A model generated the notes under the pieces. That model did not search any database, was not told the origin of the DNA, and saw nothing but the letters and a program-made list of their open reading frames with translations. Positions 37,501 through 50,224 of a stretch of DNA of 64,000 nucleotides are shown piece after piece (the stretch's first letter is position 1; the number at the start of each line of letters is the position of its first letter). The DNA is from Macrostomum hystrix (Eukaryota; Animalia; Platyhelminthes). Where the stretch lies: NCBI GenBank assembly GCA_950097015.1, contig CATNEN010000038.1, positions 13,702,001 to 13,766,000 of the forward strand. Reading direction: 5' to 3'. A program made the position numbers and the translations under genes.

Positions 37501-39197
37501 AATCAACAGGTTTTGAGGTGGACAGGGTAATTGCCAGCGAATCAAAAGGCTTTGAGGTGTACAGGGTGGTTACCAGCCAATCAAAAGGTTTTGAGGTGCA
37601 CAGGGTGGTTACCAGCCAATCAAAAGGTTTTGAGGTGTACAGGGTAATTGCCAGCGAATCAAAAGGCTTTGAGGTGTACAGGGTGGTTGCCAGCCAATCA
37701 AAAGGTTTGAGGTGTACAGAGTGGTTACAAGCCAGTCAAAACGCTTGGGGGAGTGCATGGCTACCTTTGATGCCTAAGCTAATCAAATGGAAGTGAATTC
37801 GTTTATAAAAAAACTAGCAATGGTCACACACCGGTCAACAATGCCATACGGACTGCAAATCTGCCTAATTGACTCGCAGTTGAAATCCATGCGCACATTG
37901 TAGAAACTCAGCAGCAGGCAGGTCTGCGGAGTGGCCGATTGGAATGACTCCTGGGCTGGCTCCAGCCTCTGCCTATTTGAAAAGCCGACAGTGAGATTGC
38001 CTCCGTTAGCCGCTACGATGTAGCCAGACTGGCACATGGCGACAAGGCGCTCAGCATCCGACACACGAAGATACTCAACAAACGCTTGGCCTTTGGGTGG
38101 AACTGTGACTATTTGCTCGATCTTGCCAAACTCCTGAAAGAATATTGATTGGGTTTTCTGAAAACTCTGTTCACAAGTTCACAGTGTTCACAAGTTCACA
38201 GTGTTCACAAGTTCACAGTGTTCACAAGTTCACAGTGTTCACAAGTTCACAGTGTTCACAAGTTCACAGTGTTCACAAGTTCACAGTGTTCACAAGTTCA
38301 CAGTGTTCACAAGTTCACAGTGTTCACAGTGTTCACAAGTTCACAAGTTCACAGTGTTCACAAGTTCACAAGTTCACAGTGTTCACAAGTTCACAGTGTT
38401 CACAAGTTCACAGTGTTCACAAGTTCACAGTGTTCACAAGTTCACAGTGTTCACAAGTTCACAGTGTTCACAAGTTCACAGTGTTCACAAGTTCACAGTG
38501 TTCACAAGTTCACAGTGTTCACAAGTTCACAGTGTTCACAAGTTCACAGTGTTTACAAGTTCACAGTGTTTACAAGTTCACAGTGTTTACAAGTTCACAG
38601 TGTTTACAAGTTCACAGTGTTCACAAGTTCACAGTGTTCACAAGTTCACAGTGTTCACAAGTTCACAGTGTTCACAAGTTCACAGTGTTCACAAGTTCAC
38701 AGTGTTCACAAGTTCACAGTGTTCACAAGTTCACAGTGTTCACAAGTTCACAGTGTTCACAAGTTCACAGTGTTCACAAGTTCACAGTGTTCACAAGTTC
38801 ACAGTGTTCACAAGTTCACAGTGTTCACAAGTTCACAGTGTTCACAAGTTCACCAATAGTAGCCAACCTGAAACACACGCTTGAGCTCCAGCTCGCAGGT
38901 GTTCTGCGGTATCTCGCTAACAAATAGAACGCAAGTTGGTCCGCAAGCGCCGGCTCCGCCAATCACAGAAGCCGGTCCGCCAACCCCAGCAGCCGGCCCA
39001 GGTGCAGCGCCAATCGCCGGCATTGGAGGCATCGGAGGTTGCTGCTGCATCAGGTGGCCATTGTTACCAATCTGCGACTGCTGCTGTTGCATCATAAGCA
39101 TCATCTGTGGCATCTGCTGCTGCTGTCGCTGTGGTCCGGCGTACATCTTGCGCTTCCGATCCGAACCAGCCCCACCAATTGGTGCGTTGCCCAACAT
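34539..39197 (-). CDS. HNRNPL: hnRNP L-like RNA-binding protein with 4 RRMs, 6 coding exons (39197-38868, 38133-37832, 37274-36863, 36733-36515, 36039-35836, 34739-34539), ~555 aa
   Basis: RRM1 EFGKIEQIV..GQAFVEY; RRM2 LNGANMYAGCNAIRCEYAR; RRM3 MNCDRLFNILALYGNVGRIKF (cf. human hnRNP L MNCDRVFNVFCLYGNVEKVKF); RRM4 ending KLKLTYA. All junctions are GT-AG and in phase (1668 nt). Confidence 0.85.
34795..35797. repeat. 31-bp minisatellite, CA-rich on the hnRNP L sense strand (gactgacacctgacacacaggtagataaatg)
   Basis: ~32 copies filling the last coding intron of hnRNP L. Confidence 0.92.
37330..37740. repeat. 39-bp minisatellite (gtggttaccagccaatcaaaaggttttgaggtgtacagg)
   Basis: Fills hnRNP L coding intron 2. 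Confidence 0.9.
38168..38852. repeat. 17-bp minisatellite (ttcacaagttcacagtg)
   Basis: ~40 copies filling hnRNP L coding intron 1 almost end to end. Confidence 0.92.
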
Positions 39198-39369
39198 GCT
39201 GGTGTAATTGCTTGAAAATATTTGCCGCTTACCTCAATTACAGTTTTTGTTATGCTTGAAATATGAGACTTGCCTGGCCTGCAGTAGCTGCAATTGTTGG
39301 CGCAATCGCTGGAGTTAACAAATGCCTTTAGATGATTGGCAATAGCAGCTGCCGTCAAAAATAAGCCGG

Positions 39370-40162
39370 TTCACATCTGGTCCTCAATTTGCTGCCCGCA
39401 TTCACACCAGTTCCTCAATTTCCTGCCTGCATTCACACCTGGTCCTTAATTTCCTGCCTGCATTCACACCTGGTCCTCAATTAGCTGCCCGAATTCACAC
39501 CTGGTCTCATATTGCCTGCCCGCATTCACACCTGGTCCTCAATTTGCTGCCCGCATTCACACCTGGTCCTTAATTTCTTGCCTGCATTCACACCTGGTCC
39601 TCAATTGCCTGCCCGCATTCACACCTGGTCTTCAATTTGCTGCCCGCATTTACAACTGGTCCTTAATTGATTGCGTAAATTCACGCCTACGGTCCTCAAT
39701 AGATTGCGTGAATTCACACCTATGGTCCTCAATTGATTGCGTGAATTCACACCTGGTCCTTAATTTCCTGCCCGCATTCACACCTGGTCCTCAATAGATT
39801 GCCCGCATTCACACCTGGTCCTCAATTGATTGCCCGCATTCACACCTGGTCCTCAATAGATTGCCAACATTCACTCCTGGTCCTCAATAGATTGCCCACA
39901 TTCACACCTGGTCCTCAATTGATTGCCCGCATTCACACCTGGTCCTCAATAGATTGCCCACATTCACACCTGGTCCTCAATTGATTGCCCGCATTCACAC
40001 CTGGTCCTCATTGATTGCCCGCATTCACACCTGGTCCTCATTGATTGCCCGCATTCACACCTGGTCCTCATTGATTGCCCGCATTCACACCTGGTCCTCA
40101 ATTGATTGCCCGCATTCACACCTGGTCCTCATTGATTGCCCGCATTCACACTATTCACACCT
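39370..40162. repeat. 31-bp minisatellite (cacctggtcctcaattgattgcccgcattca)
   Basis: Immediately upstream of the hnRNP L 5' end. Second copy at 47648-48270. Confidence 0.9.
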
Positions 40163-41969
40163 AGGGTCTTATATACATACATTAATTTTTTCTTTAAATA
40201 GTAATAGAAAATTGAAATAAAAAAACTTTCAAGTCCCTCCTAAACTGGAGTCCCTCCTAAACTATGCTTATACTATAAACCCGAAATAGTCAGATCTCCA
40301 GGCGATATTGTATGAAAGAACTCTTAGTTATAATCTGAAATGGAGAGATAAATCTACAGAGTATTGATTTAAAAAATCTTTGGTCTTTAAACCATACTTT
40401 ATACCGGTGTACCTATTCTAATCAGAAACAAGTAATAACAAATCTCTGAATTTCTGATTCCGTTGCCAGAAAAAGGATAAAATTCAAATAGAATGCAAGG
40501 CACTTGAGAAAATTCTGTTGCTTGTGATATAACACGAGTCAGTAATAAAAAAATGCTAATCTTAGTGACAAGTCACTATACTCGAACACGAATATTAAAG
40601 TGTCAAAATATAACAGAAAAAATACGAAATAAAGTTGTAATTAAGTTCTGTAAGATAATCAAATCAAAGTTAAAAGCAAGTGACAAGTATTCGATTTCTT
40701 GTTTCAAATGGAGTCATGAGTTACGAAACTTTAGGAAAAAACGTCAGCAAATTTTGCTGCGAAACGGAGTGACAAGTCTGGAAATTTTGCTGCGAAACGG
40801 AGTGACAAGTCAGCAAATTTTGCTGCGAAACGGAGTGATAAGTCTGGAAATTTTGCTGCGAAACGGAGTGAAAAGTCTGCAAATTTTGCTGTGAAACTGG
40901 TTGACAAATATCAGGACATTCCGCAAACGGCAAACGGAGCGAGGGACAAGTCTGAAAATTTTGCTGCTTTGCTAAACGAAGTGACGAAACAAAAAAATAC
41001 CAGGAGATTCTGGAAATGGCAACTCATAAAACTCTAATCCGAAACAGAGTGAAGTCTCAAGATGATAATGAAAATTAGAGTGACGACAAGACATCACTTT
41101 TTTACCGGAGTGACAAGTATTCAGACCTAAAGGCAAAACAATTTTCACCAAGTCTATTAAAACGAAATATCTGAAATGGAATGAAACATGTCAGAATTAT
41201 GAATAGACAATCACAATACAGATCTAGATATGGCCGAATCGATCGTGTCTATGCGGCTAAATCTCACGTTTAAATATAATTTTTTCCATCATTGAAAATA
41301 AAATATGGCATAAAAGCCGGCGTACAACTGCTGAGTCAATAGCTGGGGTTATTGCACTTACTAAAACTTTATAGCCCAGTAAGCTAATGCTGGTAGACTG
41401 AACTGGAGCAATAGGGAATCAAGTGTCAAAGATAGAGTTTCCGATGCTGAGATTCGAACCCCCGACCTGTCAAAGCACTAACCACAGGGCTACAAGCTCG
41501 CCCGCAGGGGGTATCAACAATTTTTTAATGACAAAAAACAGAACCTATTGATTCTAAAAGTTCTTAAAAATGAAAAAAAACTGGCGAAACAAGATGCGAA
41601 AGCAACACAAAAAGTCCGTGGATCCCTTACTTTCCGATAATAACATCCCAAATTTATTCAAGTCGAGAATTACAGTTTTATACAAACTATATAAATGCAA
41701 AGCTGAAAAAAACATTGAAAAATACCAACATATTTACTTTAATAAATATTATTAAAAGACCTACTTAATGTAACTTAGCAATACACAAATGAAAGGCAAA
41801 TCTGATTTCTAGAAAAAAAGCCATGGAAAAATTAAGGTCAGAAACGAGACCTTTCAAATTTGAAGTCCTTGAAAGCCTGGATTATAGAGAGGTCAAAGTC
41901 ATCGACAAATCCAACAGGAATGTGCGCTCGTAGAATCTAAATGACGTTGTAGTTATTAGCAGCGTGTGC

Positions 41970-42545
41970 TGGTGTGATGTGGCAGTCAATGGCAACGTGT
42001 GCCAGAGTGATGTGGCAGTCAATGGCGGTGTATGACAGTGTGATGTGGCAGTTTATGGCGGTGTGTGCCAGAGTGATGTGGCAGTCAATGGCAACGTGTG
42101 CCAGAGTGATGTGGAAGTTTATGATGTGTGCCAGTGTGATGTGGCAGTCTATGATGTGTGCCAGTGTGATGTGGCAGTTTATGATGTGTGCCAGTGTGAT
42201 GTGGCAGTCTATGATGTGTGCCAGTGTGATGTAGCAGTCTATGATGTGTGCCAGTGTGATGTGGCAGTTTATGATGTGTGCCAGTGTGATGTGGCAGTCT
42301 ATGATGTGTGCCAGTGTGATGTAGCAGTCTATGATGTGTGCCAGTGTGATGTGGCAGTTTATGATGTGTGCCAGTGTGATGTGGCAGTCTATGATGTGTG
42401 CCAGTGTGATGTGGCAGTCTATGATGTGTGCCAGTGTGATGTGGCAGTCTATGATGTGTGCCAGTGTGATGTGGCAGTCTATGATGTGTGCCAGAGTGAT
42501 GTGGCAGTCTATGATGTGTGCCAGTGTGATGTGGCGGTTTATGAG
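41970..42545. repeat. 30/33-bp minisatellite (atgatgtgtgccagtgtgatgtggcagtct)
   Basis: The paralogous array at 50225-51965 is about three times longer. Confidence 0.9.
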
Positions 42546-44649
42546 TGCGAGTGTCTTATCCAGCCCAAGCCATTTTCCGAAATTGATGTCAGTATTGGTC
42601 TAAATTAGAATGGCAACAAAAATAATTCAAGTACTCGTAATACTATGGGACATAGTACCTGATATCAGGTTATGGGGCACATTAAGAAAGGTGATGGGAC
42701 ACATTAAGAAAGGTGATGGGACACATTAAGAAAGGTGAAGGGACATTAAGAAAGGTGATGGGACACATTAAGAAAGGTGATGGGACACATTAAGAAAGGT
42801 GATGGGACACATTAAGAAAGGTGATGGGACACATTAAGAAAGGTGATGGGACACATTAGGAAAGGTGATGGGACACATTAGGAAAGATGATATGGCACAT
42901 TAAGAGAGGTGATGAGACACATAAAGTAAGGTAATGTGGCATATTATGCCATTTGATATGGTCTATTTGACCATGTGATATTGAAACATTTCAAGCTTAG
43001 ATTATGTAGCACTCTATACCAGAATAGGAATGAAAAGGCAGCTACAGAATTTTGGTGACAAAGTAATTACAACATTTATGCTACGTTCAGACGGAAGCGG
43101 CAGTCCCTCAGAAAGTGCTAGATCTAATATTTCAAGTCTTGAAAGGATAGAAAAAAGTTTATAGGGATTACGTCATCAAGAAAATCCTATTTAAACATAT
43201 GGCATTGAATGATAAAATCAGCAGAATTCAGTAAATTTGGATGACAGTATTCAATGGCGTTGAAAAAATGCTTTAAAATGTTTTAAGAGGCCTCGAAAAT
43301 ACAGCAGCTGCGGCTCCAGCCAGTTTGAGTATCACCCAAAGGTGATGAAATCCGATATTATTAGAAACTTTTTGGGCACCAAAAGTGGTAACGACCAATA
43401 ACAGGCAGACAGGCGGACAAACAGACAAATTACAGGCGACTGACGAAGCGGGACAAATCGGACCTAGTCAAGGAAGCACCGATTTATTCCAATACCTGTT
43501 TAAAGTTAAGAAAATAATAGGCACCCGTTTAAGAAAGTATTTGAATAAATTCTTGACAACCCAAAGTGCTCAACAACTTTACGAGCTGAAAAAGCAACAT
43601 GCCAACTATATGCAACTGTTTTATAACCAGACTGCTCAGGGAAATGAATGAGTGGAATTATAACGATGACTAAACTTGAAAACTATCAAGCCAGAGTGTT
43701 AATGTCAGGTAAGACTTTACTAAAACCTACCCAAAAAATACCAAACAAATCTATAATATAGTACTCAGCTAGTGACCAAGTCTAGACCTTCTAATTCCAA
43801 TAAAATATAATTTGATAGAAATTCAAACACCAATATCTACAAATTAGGTTTTCTGATATGGAAATTTGTTGCCTTTGCTGCTTAAGAAGACAACAAAGAT
43901 CATGAAGAAAAGATTAAAAGATTCTGTTGCATCTCATTTTTATGACTTGTAAAATAAAAAAGTCAAGCCTAAATGTGAGAATATTAAGTTAATGTCTTCA
44001 AAGGGGATTGAAAACAGCTCACCAGCTTCCTATTTTGCTAGCATGTGCTGAAAAAGCCATCCACTGAGTCAGTTGTAATGCAGAACAATGCATATTGTTC
44101 TATAGGTGATCCATTTTTGCAAACTGAAAAGCAATAATAAAATTCATGAAAATGAAATGTTCAAATTTTATTTAATTATGAACTATTAAGTTGACTAAAA
44201 TCATAATTAAATAATTCCTAGCTACTATGACTAAATATGAACATATAAACATACAAAATAATTTTTGTTATAAACAAATATTGTGAAGCTAATTTTATAT
44301 TCTGATTTCCTCCTCACCCAATATTGAATGTCATCAAAGTTGACCTAGTGCTTCTTTATTTAATTATCAGTCTAAAGATATTTTATCCCAATGATGCTAC
44401 CAAAGTTACTGCAGGACTTAAAATTTGTTACTAATAGTGTAATTCATATATTTAATAACAATTTCTGGTAGCATATTTATTAGTTAGACTAGTAGTGTAT
44501 TTAATCATCAATACAATTGATACTCATAGGGTATATTAAATCACATAAGGTAGCAGGTAGGCAGAAATGGTTATGGCTGAAATAGTTTGTGGCCAAAACA
44601 ACTGGAATTCCTGTACATGCAAATGATGCAAGCTCTCCATAAATTTTAT

Positions 44650-45178
44650 GGCAGTGCTTATCCCCATGCTACCATAGAATAATTTTTGTCTTATTCCTAC
44701 AGTACTGTGGGAATAATTTCCTGCTTATCCGCATGGCACACTGACGAGATAGCTGTCCTATCTTCAAAATATCTTTCTATCTTATCTATCTTGAAAATTA
44801 GAGAGTCACGCTGCTATTTCTAGTGTTCAATGCCAAGTCCCAAAAACTACACTAAAGGTTGCGTTGAAGTACTACAAAGTTGTTTATTTGTGCTACAATA
44901 GTGGCACACATGTTTCTGAATCAAGAGGTGCTAGGCCTAATCAGAGGTAAATTCATTTTTTAATTTATTGATTTATTGAATTCTTGTATTTTTAACTTAA
45001 ATGTATTGGGCCTAGCAGATATCCGTGCAGATAAGCAGGAAATTATTCCCACGTAATATGTTCAAGATAGGACAGCTATCTTGTCAGTGTGCCACGTGGA
45101 GAAGCAGGAAATTATTCCCACAGTACAGTAGGAATAAGACAAAAATTATTCTATGGTACCATGGGGATAAGCACTGCC
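44650..45178. mobile_element. Mutator-like MITE (529 bp, ~120-bp TIRs), copy 1
   Basis: ggcagtgcttatccccatg... / ...catggggataagcactgcc inverted termini. Confidence 0.8.
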
Positions 45179-45604
45179 AAAATTTATATACTTAGTTTTT
45201 TTTACTTTACTTTTGCTTTACTGTTTGGCATTTGATAATTATAATTGATATTATTGATAACAATTTAATACTATTATTAGTATTAATACTAACAGTTTCA
45301 TGTCTTTTGTCATTGTTTTTAGAACAAGTATATTGCATTTTGCATTGTTTTCTATATATGTGCACATGTGCCTTTGAAATAACTTAGTTTTATTCTGTTA
45401 AAAAACTAGGCCTACTAAGACTAGCTAATCAATGTATAAACAGCTTAAGAATTTCAGCAAGAAGTTTATTGTAAGTAATGTAAGACATCTGAAACATTTA
45501 GAATTTTTGGCATTAGGGACCATTATATATATATGTATATAGGCCTATGCCGCCTATATATATACATATAGGGTAATATCAGGGTAATAGGGTAAAATCA
45601 TATA

Positions 45605-46432
45605 CAAGGGCTGCTCAATAAGTTTCCGGAAAAACATATTGAAACATATCAAACCAACATGAAATTTTACTAGTAGTCAGACACAGATCCTAGGCCTAAC
45701 ACTTCTCAAAATATCTACCATTGCAATCCAAGCACTTTTTCATCTTGTTAAACCATGCAGAAAAACATGCCCCAAATGGTCTCTGTTGATTTTTACCAAT
45801 TTGCATTCAGCAGCTCCTCCTGGGTGTCAAAACGCCTCAAAGTGCCATTTGAAGCATCTGCAGGCACTGGGATGGAGAATTTCCCAGGCGGAAAAGCAGC
45901 AGCAGCATGGCTCTCTTGTCACGCCGGGTCAGGCTTGGAGGTGGGTCCTGGTTCTTGTCAGTCTGGGCTTTCTTGCAAGTTAACATGGAAATGCAGCGAG
46001 CTGAAATTGTAGGCATACTCTCTTAACATATTCCCCGATCATTTCCTAAAAAAGCTCCTAAAAATAATGCCGAGAACTACGTTTTTCCAGAAACTTATTG
46101 AACAATTTGAATTGAGCAGAGGTTGTAGCCTAGTGGTTAGGGCGTCGGACTCACGACTTGAAGGTCGGGGGTTCGATTCCCGACTCCACTGGAACAATTT
46201 GTGTCCTTTAGCAAGACACTTAACTCTGCATTGCTTCAGTTCACCCAGCTGTTAAATGGGTACCAGCATCAGCTGGGATAATTGAAGGTGGGTGTGGCGT
46301 CCCCCCAGTCCATGGACTGAACAGCTGTACGCAGCCTTCAGATGCGCCGCGCATTAGCTGCGGCTGTGCTGTCAGCTGCACATCTGACCCAATTGAGGCA
46401 GGTGTAATCAATTAATTATTGAGCAACCCTTG
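45605..46432 (-). mobile_element. Internally deleted mariner element with a SINE A nested in one TIR, copy 1
   Basis: TA|caagggctgctcaataag ... ttattgagcaacccttg|TA. The minus strand keeps mariner-like N-terminal (RRDKRAMLLLLFRLGNSPSQ) and C-terminal (WFNKMKKCLDCNGRYFEK) remnants without the DDD core. Confidence 0.75.
46118..46420 (+). mobile_element. SINE family A, intact copy
   Basis: A-box tagcctagtgg, B-box ggttcgattccc, central gtgtcctttagcaagacacttaac...cacccagctgttaaatgggtacc domain, AT-rich tail. Confidence 0.85.
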
Positions 46433-49400
46433 TAGGTTAACATAATTTGTTACCAAAGTGGTTGGTATAGCCATAGTCCAGAAGGCAAAGTGGCTTTTAA
46501 TGAAGTGCCTCTTAAACTAAAGTGGCATATAAATACACAATACAGTACATCTCGATTTCAAAATGAAAACTTGGAAGAAGATTTGCACCTCGCCGGTTAC
46601 TCACCAGCAGCTTTAGCTCTTTTGATTTACAGTTTTTTAGGAATTGCTATTGTATATATGAAATGCTTTATAGCACTCGCTATCAACAATAATTAACACT
46701 AATAATAATAACACTCGCTATCAATAGGCCAGGCCTAGCACTCGCAAAAAATGTTTTCATAAGTGTAACATAAGGAATATAAAATTTCTTTGTAAACAAT
46801 TTAAAAGTTGAAGCTAAGATTTAATGTTTTTATAACTTTAAATATCCAACAAGGCGGGGAAAAATTCATGCAAAATTGTAAATATTTAATCAACAATACC
46901 TTACAATACGCTTATTACGGCATTATGTTTATTAGAATATAAACTACGTCTCATTACACTATTAGGCCTATTATTTTATTCAGACTACATACTTATTTAA
47001 ATGTATTCCAAAATGCTATATAAAGTAAAACAAAAGTTACAGTATTGGAAAGTTTCAGATAATTAAGCCTTACTTGAATGCTGTAAAGTAACAAAATTTT
47101 TATTCAAAATGTTATGTGTAAAAATGCTTCTGAATTTAGTTGTAACCGTCTTCGAATATCACTACCATACCATAGTATATAATTATACATACAGTTTTTC
47201 TATACTGATATTTAGATATTTACCATTTTTCGTTCGTGCATCAGTTCCAAGCCACATTCTGGCCTTTAACTGCCTTTAAACCCTAACCCAACCAATCCAC
47301 CTCTCGATTCCATCGTTAACCTGGCTAATGAGAGTAGAGCCACTCCACAAAATGCATGCAAGTTTGAATCTTGCGTTGGATAGAATAAAAATTAAAGTTC
47401 AATATAATATTTAAAAATAATACTATAGTGAATTTACGTCACAAGAATTATGCGTATTTATAAAAAATAAGTATCCGCAGAAGTCTCCTATGTTTGAATC
47501 GATGTCCAGAAAGCAGACCTAGCCAGCTAGTAGCTGTATCCTAGCTGTATAGGTGCAGTAACTGTATTCATTTCATAGAGTATTTGCTACCGTTCCACTG
47601 TTTCCACAACGCGCATCAGTGTATAGGAGAGAAAGTGAGAAGGTATTGCCTGCATTCACACCTGGTCCTCAATTACCTGCCCGCATTCACACCTGGTCCT
47701 CAATTACCTGCCCGCATTCACACCTGGTCTTCAATTTGCTGCCCGCATTTACAACTGGTCCTTAATTGATTGCGTGAATTCACGCCTACGGTCCTCAATA
47801 GATTGCGTGAATTCACACCTATGGTCCTCAATTGATTGCGTGAATTCACACCTATGGTCCTCAATTGATTGCGTGAATTCACGCCTACGGTCCTCAATAG
47901 ATTGCGTGAATTCACACCTATGGTCCTCAATTGATTGCGTGAATTCACACCTGGTCCTTAATTTCCTGCCTGCATTCACACCTGGTCCTCAATTACCTGC
48001 CCGAATTCACACCTGGTCTCCAATTTCCTGCCCGCATTCACACCTGGTCCTCAATAGATTGCCCGCATTCACACCTGGTCCTCAATAGATTGCCCGCATT
48101 CACACCTGGTCCTCAATAGATTGCCCGCATTCACACCTGGTCCTCAATTGATTGCCCGCATTCACACCTGGTCCTCAATAGATTGCCCGCATTCACACCT
48201 GGTCCTCAATTGATTGCCCGCATTCACACCTGGTCCTCATTGATTGCCCGCATTCACACTATTCACACCTAGGGTCTTAAATACATACATTAATATACAT
48301 ACTATATTAATGTATATATAATATACATATAATGCATATATAATATACATACATTTTCTATAGAAAAATAAAATTAAAAAACTTTCAAGTCCCTCCTAAA
48401 CTGGAGTCCCTCCTAAATTATGCTTATACCATAAACCCGAAATAGTCAGATCTCCAGGCGATATTGAATGAAAGAACTCTTAGTTATAATCTGAAATGGA
48501 GAGATAAGTCTACAGAGTATTGATTTAAAAAATCTTTGGTCTTTAAACCATACTTTATACCGGTGTACCTATTCTAATCAGAAACAAGTAATAACAAATC
48601 TCTGAATTTCTGATTCCGTTGCCAGAAAAAGGATAAAATTCAAATAGAATGCAAGGCACTTAAGAAAATTCTGTTGATTGTGATATAACGCGAGTCAGTA
48701 ATAAAAAAATGCTAATCTTAGTGACAAGTCACTATACTCGAACACGAATATTAAAGTGTCAAAATATAACAGAAAAAATACGAAATAAAGTTGTAATTAA
48801 GTTCTGTAAAATAATCAAATCAAAGTTAAAAGCAAGTGACAAGTATTCGATTTCTTGTTTCAAATGGAGTCATGAGTTACGAAACTTTAGGAAAAAAAGT
48901 CAGCAAATTTTGCTGCGAAACGGAGTGACAAGTCTGAAAATTTTGCTGCGAAACGGAGTGACAAGTCTGCAAATTTTGCTGCGAAACGGAGTGACAAGTC
49001 TGGAAATTTTGCTGCGAAACGGAGTGACAAGTCTGGAAATTTTGCTGCGAAACGGAGTGACAAGTCAGCAAATTTTGCTGCGAAACGGAGTGACAAGTCT
49101 GGAAATTTTGCTGCGAAACGGAGTGAAAAGTCTGCAAATTTTGCTGTGAAACTGGTTGACAAATATCAGGACATTCCGCAAACGGCAAACGGAGCGAGGG
49201 GCAAGTCTGAAAATTTTGCTGCTTTGCTAAACGAAGTGACGAAACAAAAAAATACCAGGAGATTCTGGAAATGGCAACTCATAAAACTCTAATCCGAAAC
49301 AGAGTGAAGTCTCAAGATGATAATGAAAATTTGAGTGACGACAAGACATCACTTTTTTACCGGAGTGACAAGTATTCAGACCTAAAGGCAAAACAATTTT

Positions 49401-50224
49401 CACCAAGTCTATTAAAACGAAATATCTGAAATGGAATGAAACATGTCAGAATTATGAATAGACAATCACAATACAGATCTAGATATGGCCGAATCGATCG
49501 TGTCTATGCGGCTAAATCTCACGTTTAAATATAATTTTTTCCATCATTGAAAATAAAATATGGCATAAAAGCCGGCGTACAACTGCTGAGTCAATAGCTG
49601 GGGTTATTGCACTTACTAAAACTTTATAGCCCAGTAAGCTAATGCTGGTAGACTGAACTGGAGCAATAGGGAATCAAGTGTCAAAGATAGAGTTTCCGAT
49701 GCTGAGATTCGAACCCCCGACCTGTCAAAGCACTAACCACAGGGCTACAAGCTCGCCCGCAGGGGGTATCAACAATTTTTTTAATGACAAAAAAACAGAA
49801 CCTATTGATTCTAAAAGTTCTTAAAAATGAAAAAACTGGCGAAACAAGATGCGAAAGCAACACAAAAAGTCTGTGGATCCCTTACTTTCCGATAATAACA
49901 TCCCAAATTTATTCAAGTCGAGAATTACAGTTTTATACAAACTATATAAATGCAAAGCTGAAAAAACATTGAAAAATACCAACATATTTACTTTAATAAA
50001 TATTATTAAAAGACCTACTTAATGTAACTTAGCAATACACAAATGAAAGGCAAATCTGATTTCTAGAAAAAAAGCCATGGAAAAATTAAGGTCAGAAACG
50101 AGACCATTCAAATTTGAAGTCCTTGAAAGCCTGGATTATAGAGAGGTCAAAGTCATCGACAAATCCAACAGGAATGTACGATCGTAGAATCTAAATGACG
50201 TTGTAGTTATTAGCAGCGTGTGCT

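Noticed and set aside
46118-46195. tRNA gene call for SINE heads (also 24520, 29060, 36300-36440)
   Set aside because: A/B boxes are present but there is no proper acceptor stem. They run into SINE bodies or are short repeated fragments.
43385-46696. Short ORFs and isolated splice-like sites inside the duplicated block
   Set aside because: No recognisable domains and AT-rich composition. Their identity between copies reflects recent duplication, not selection.
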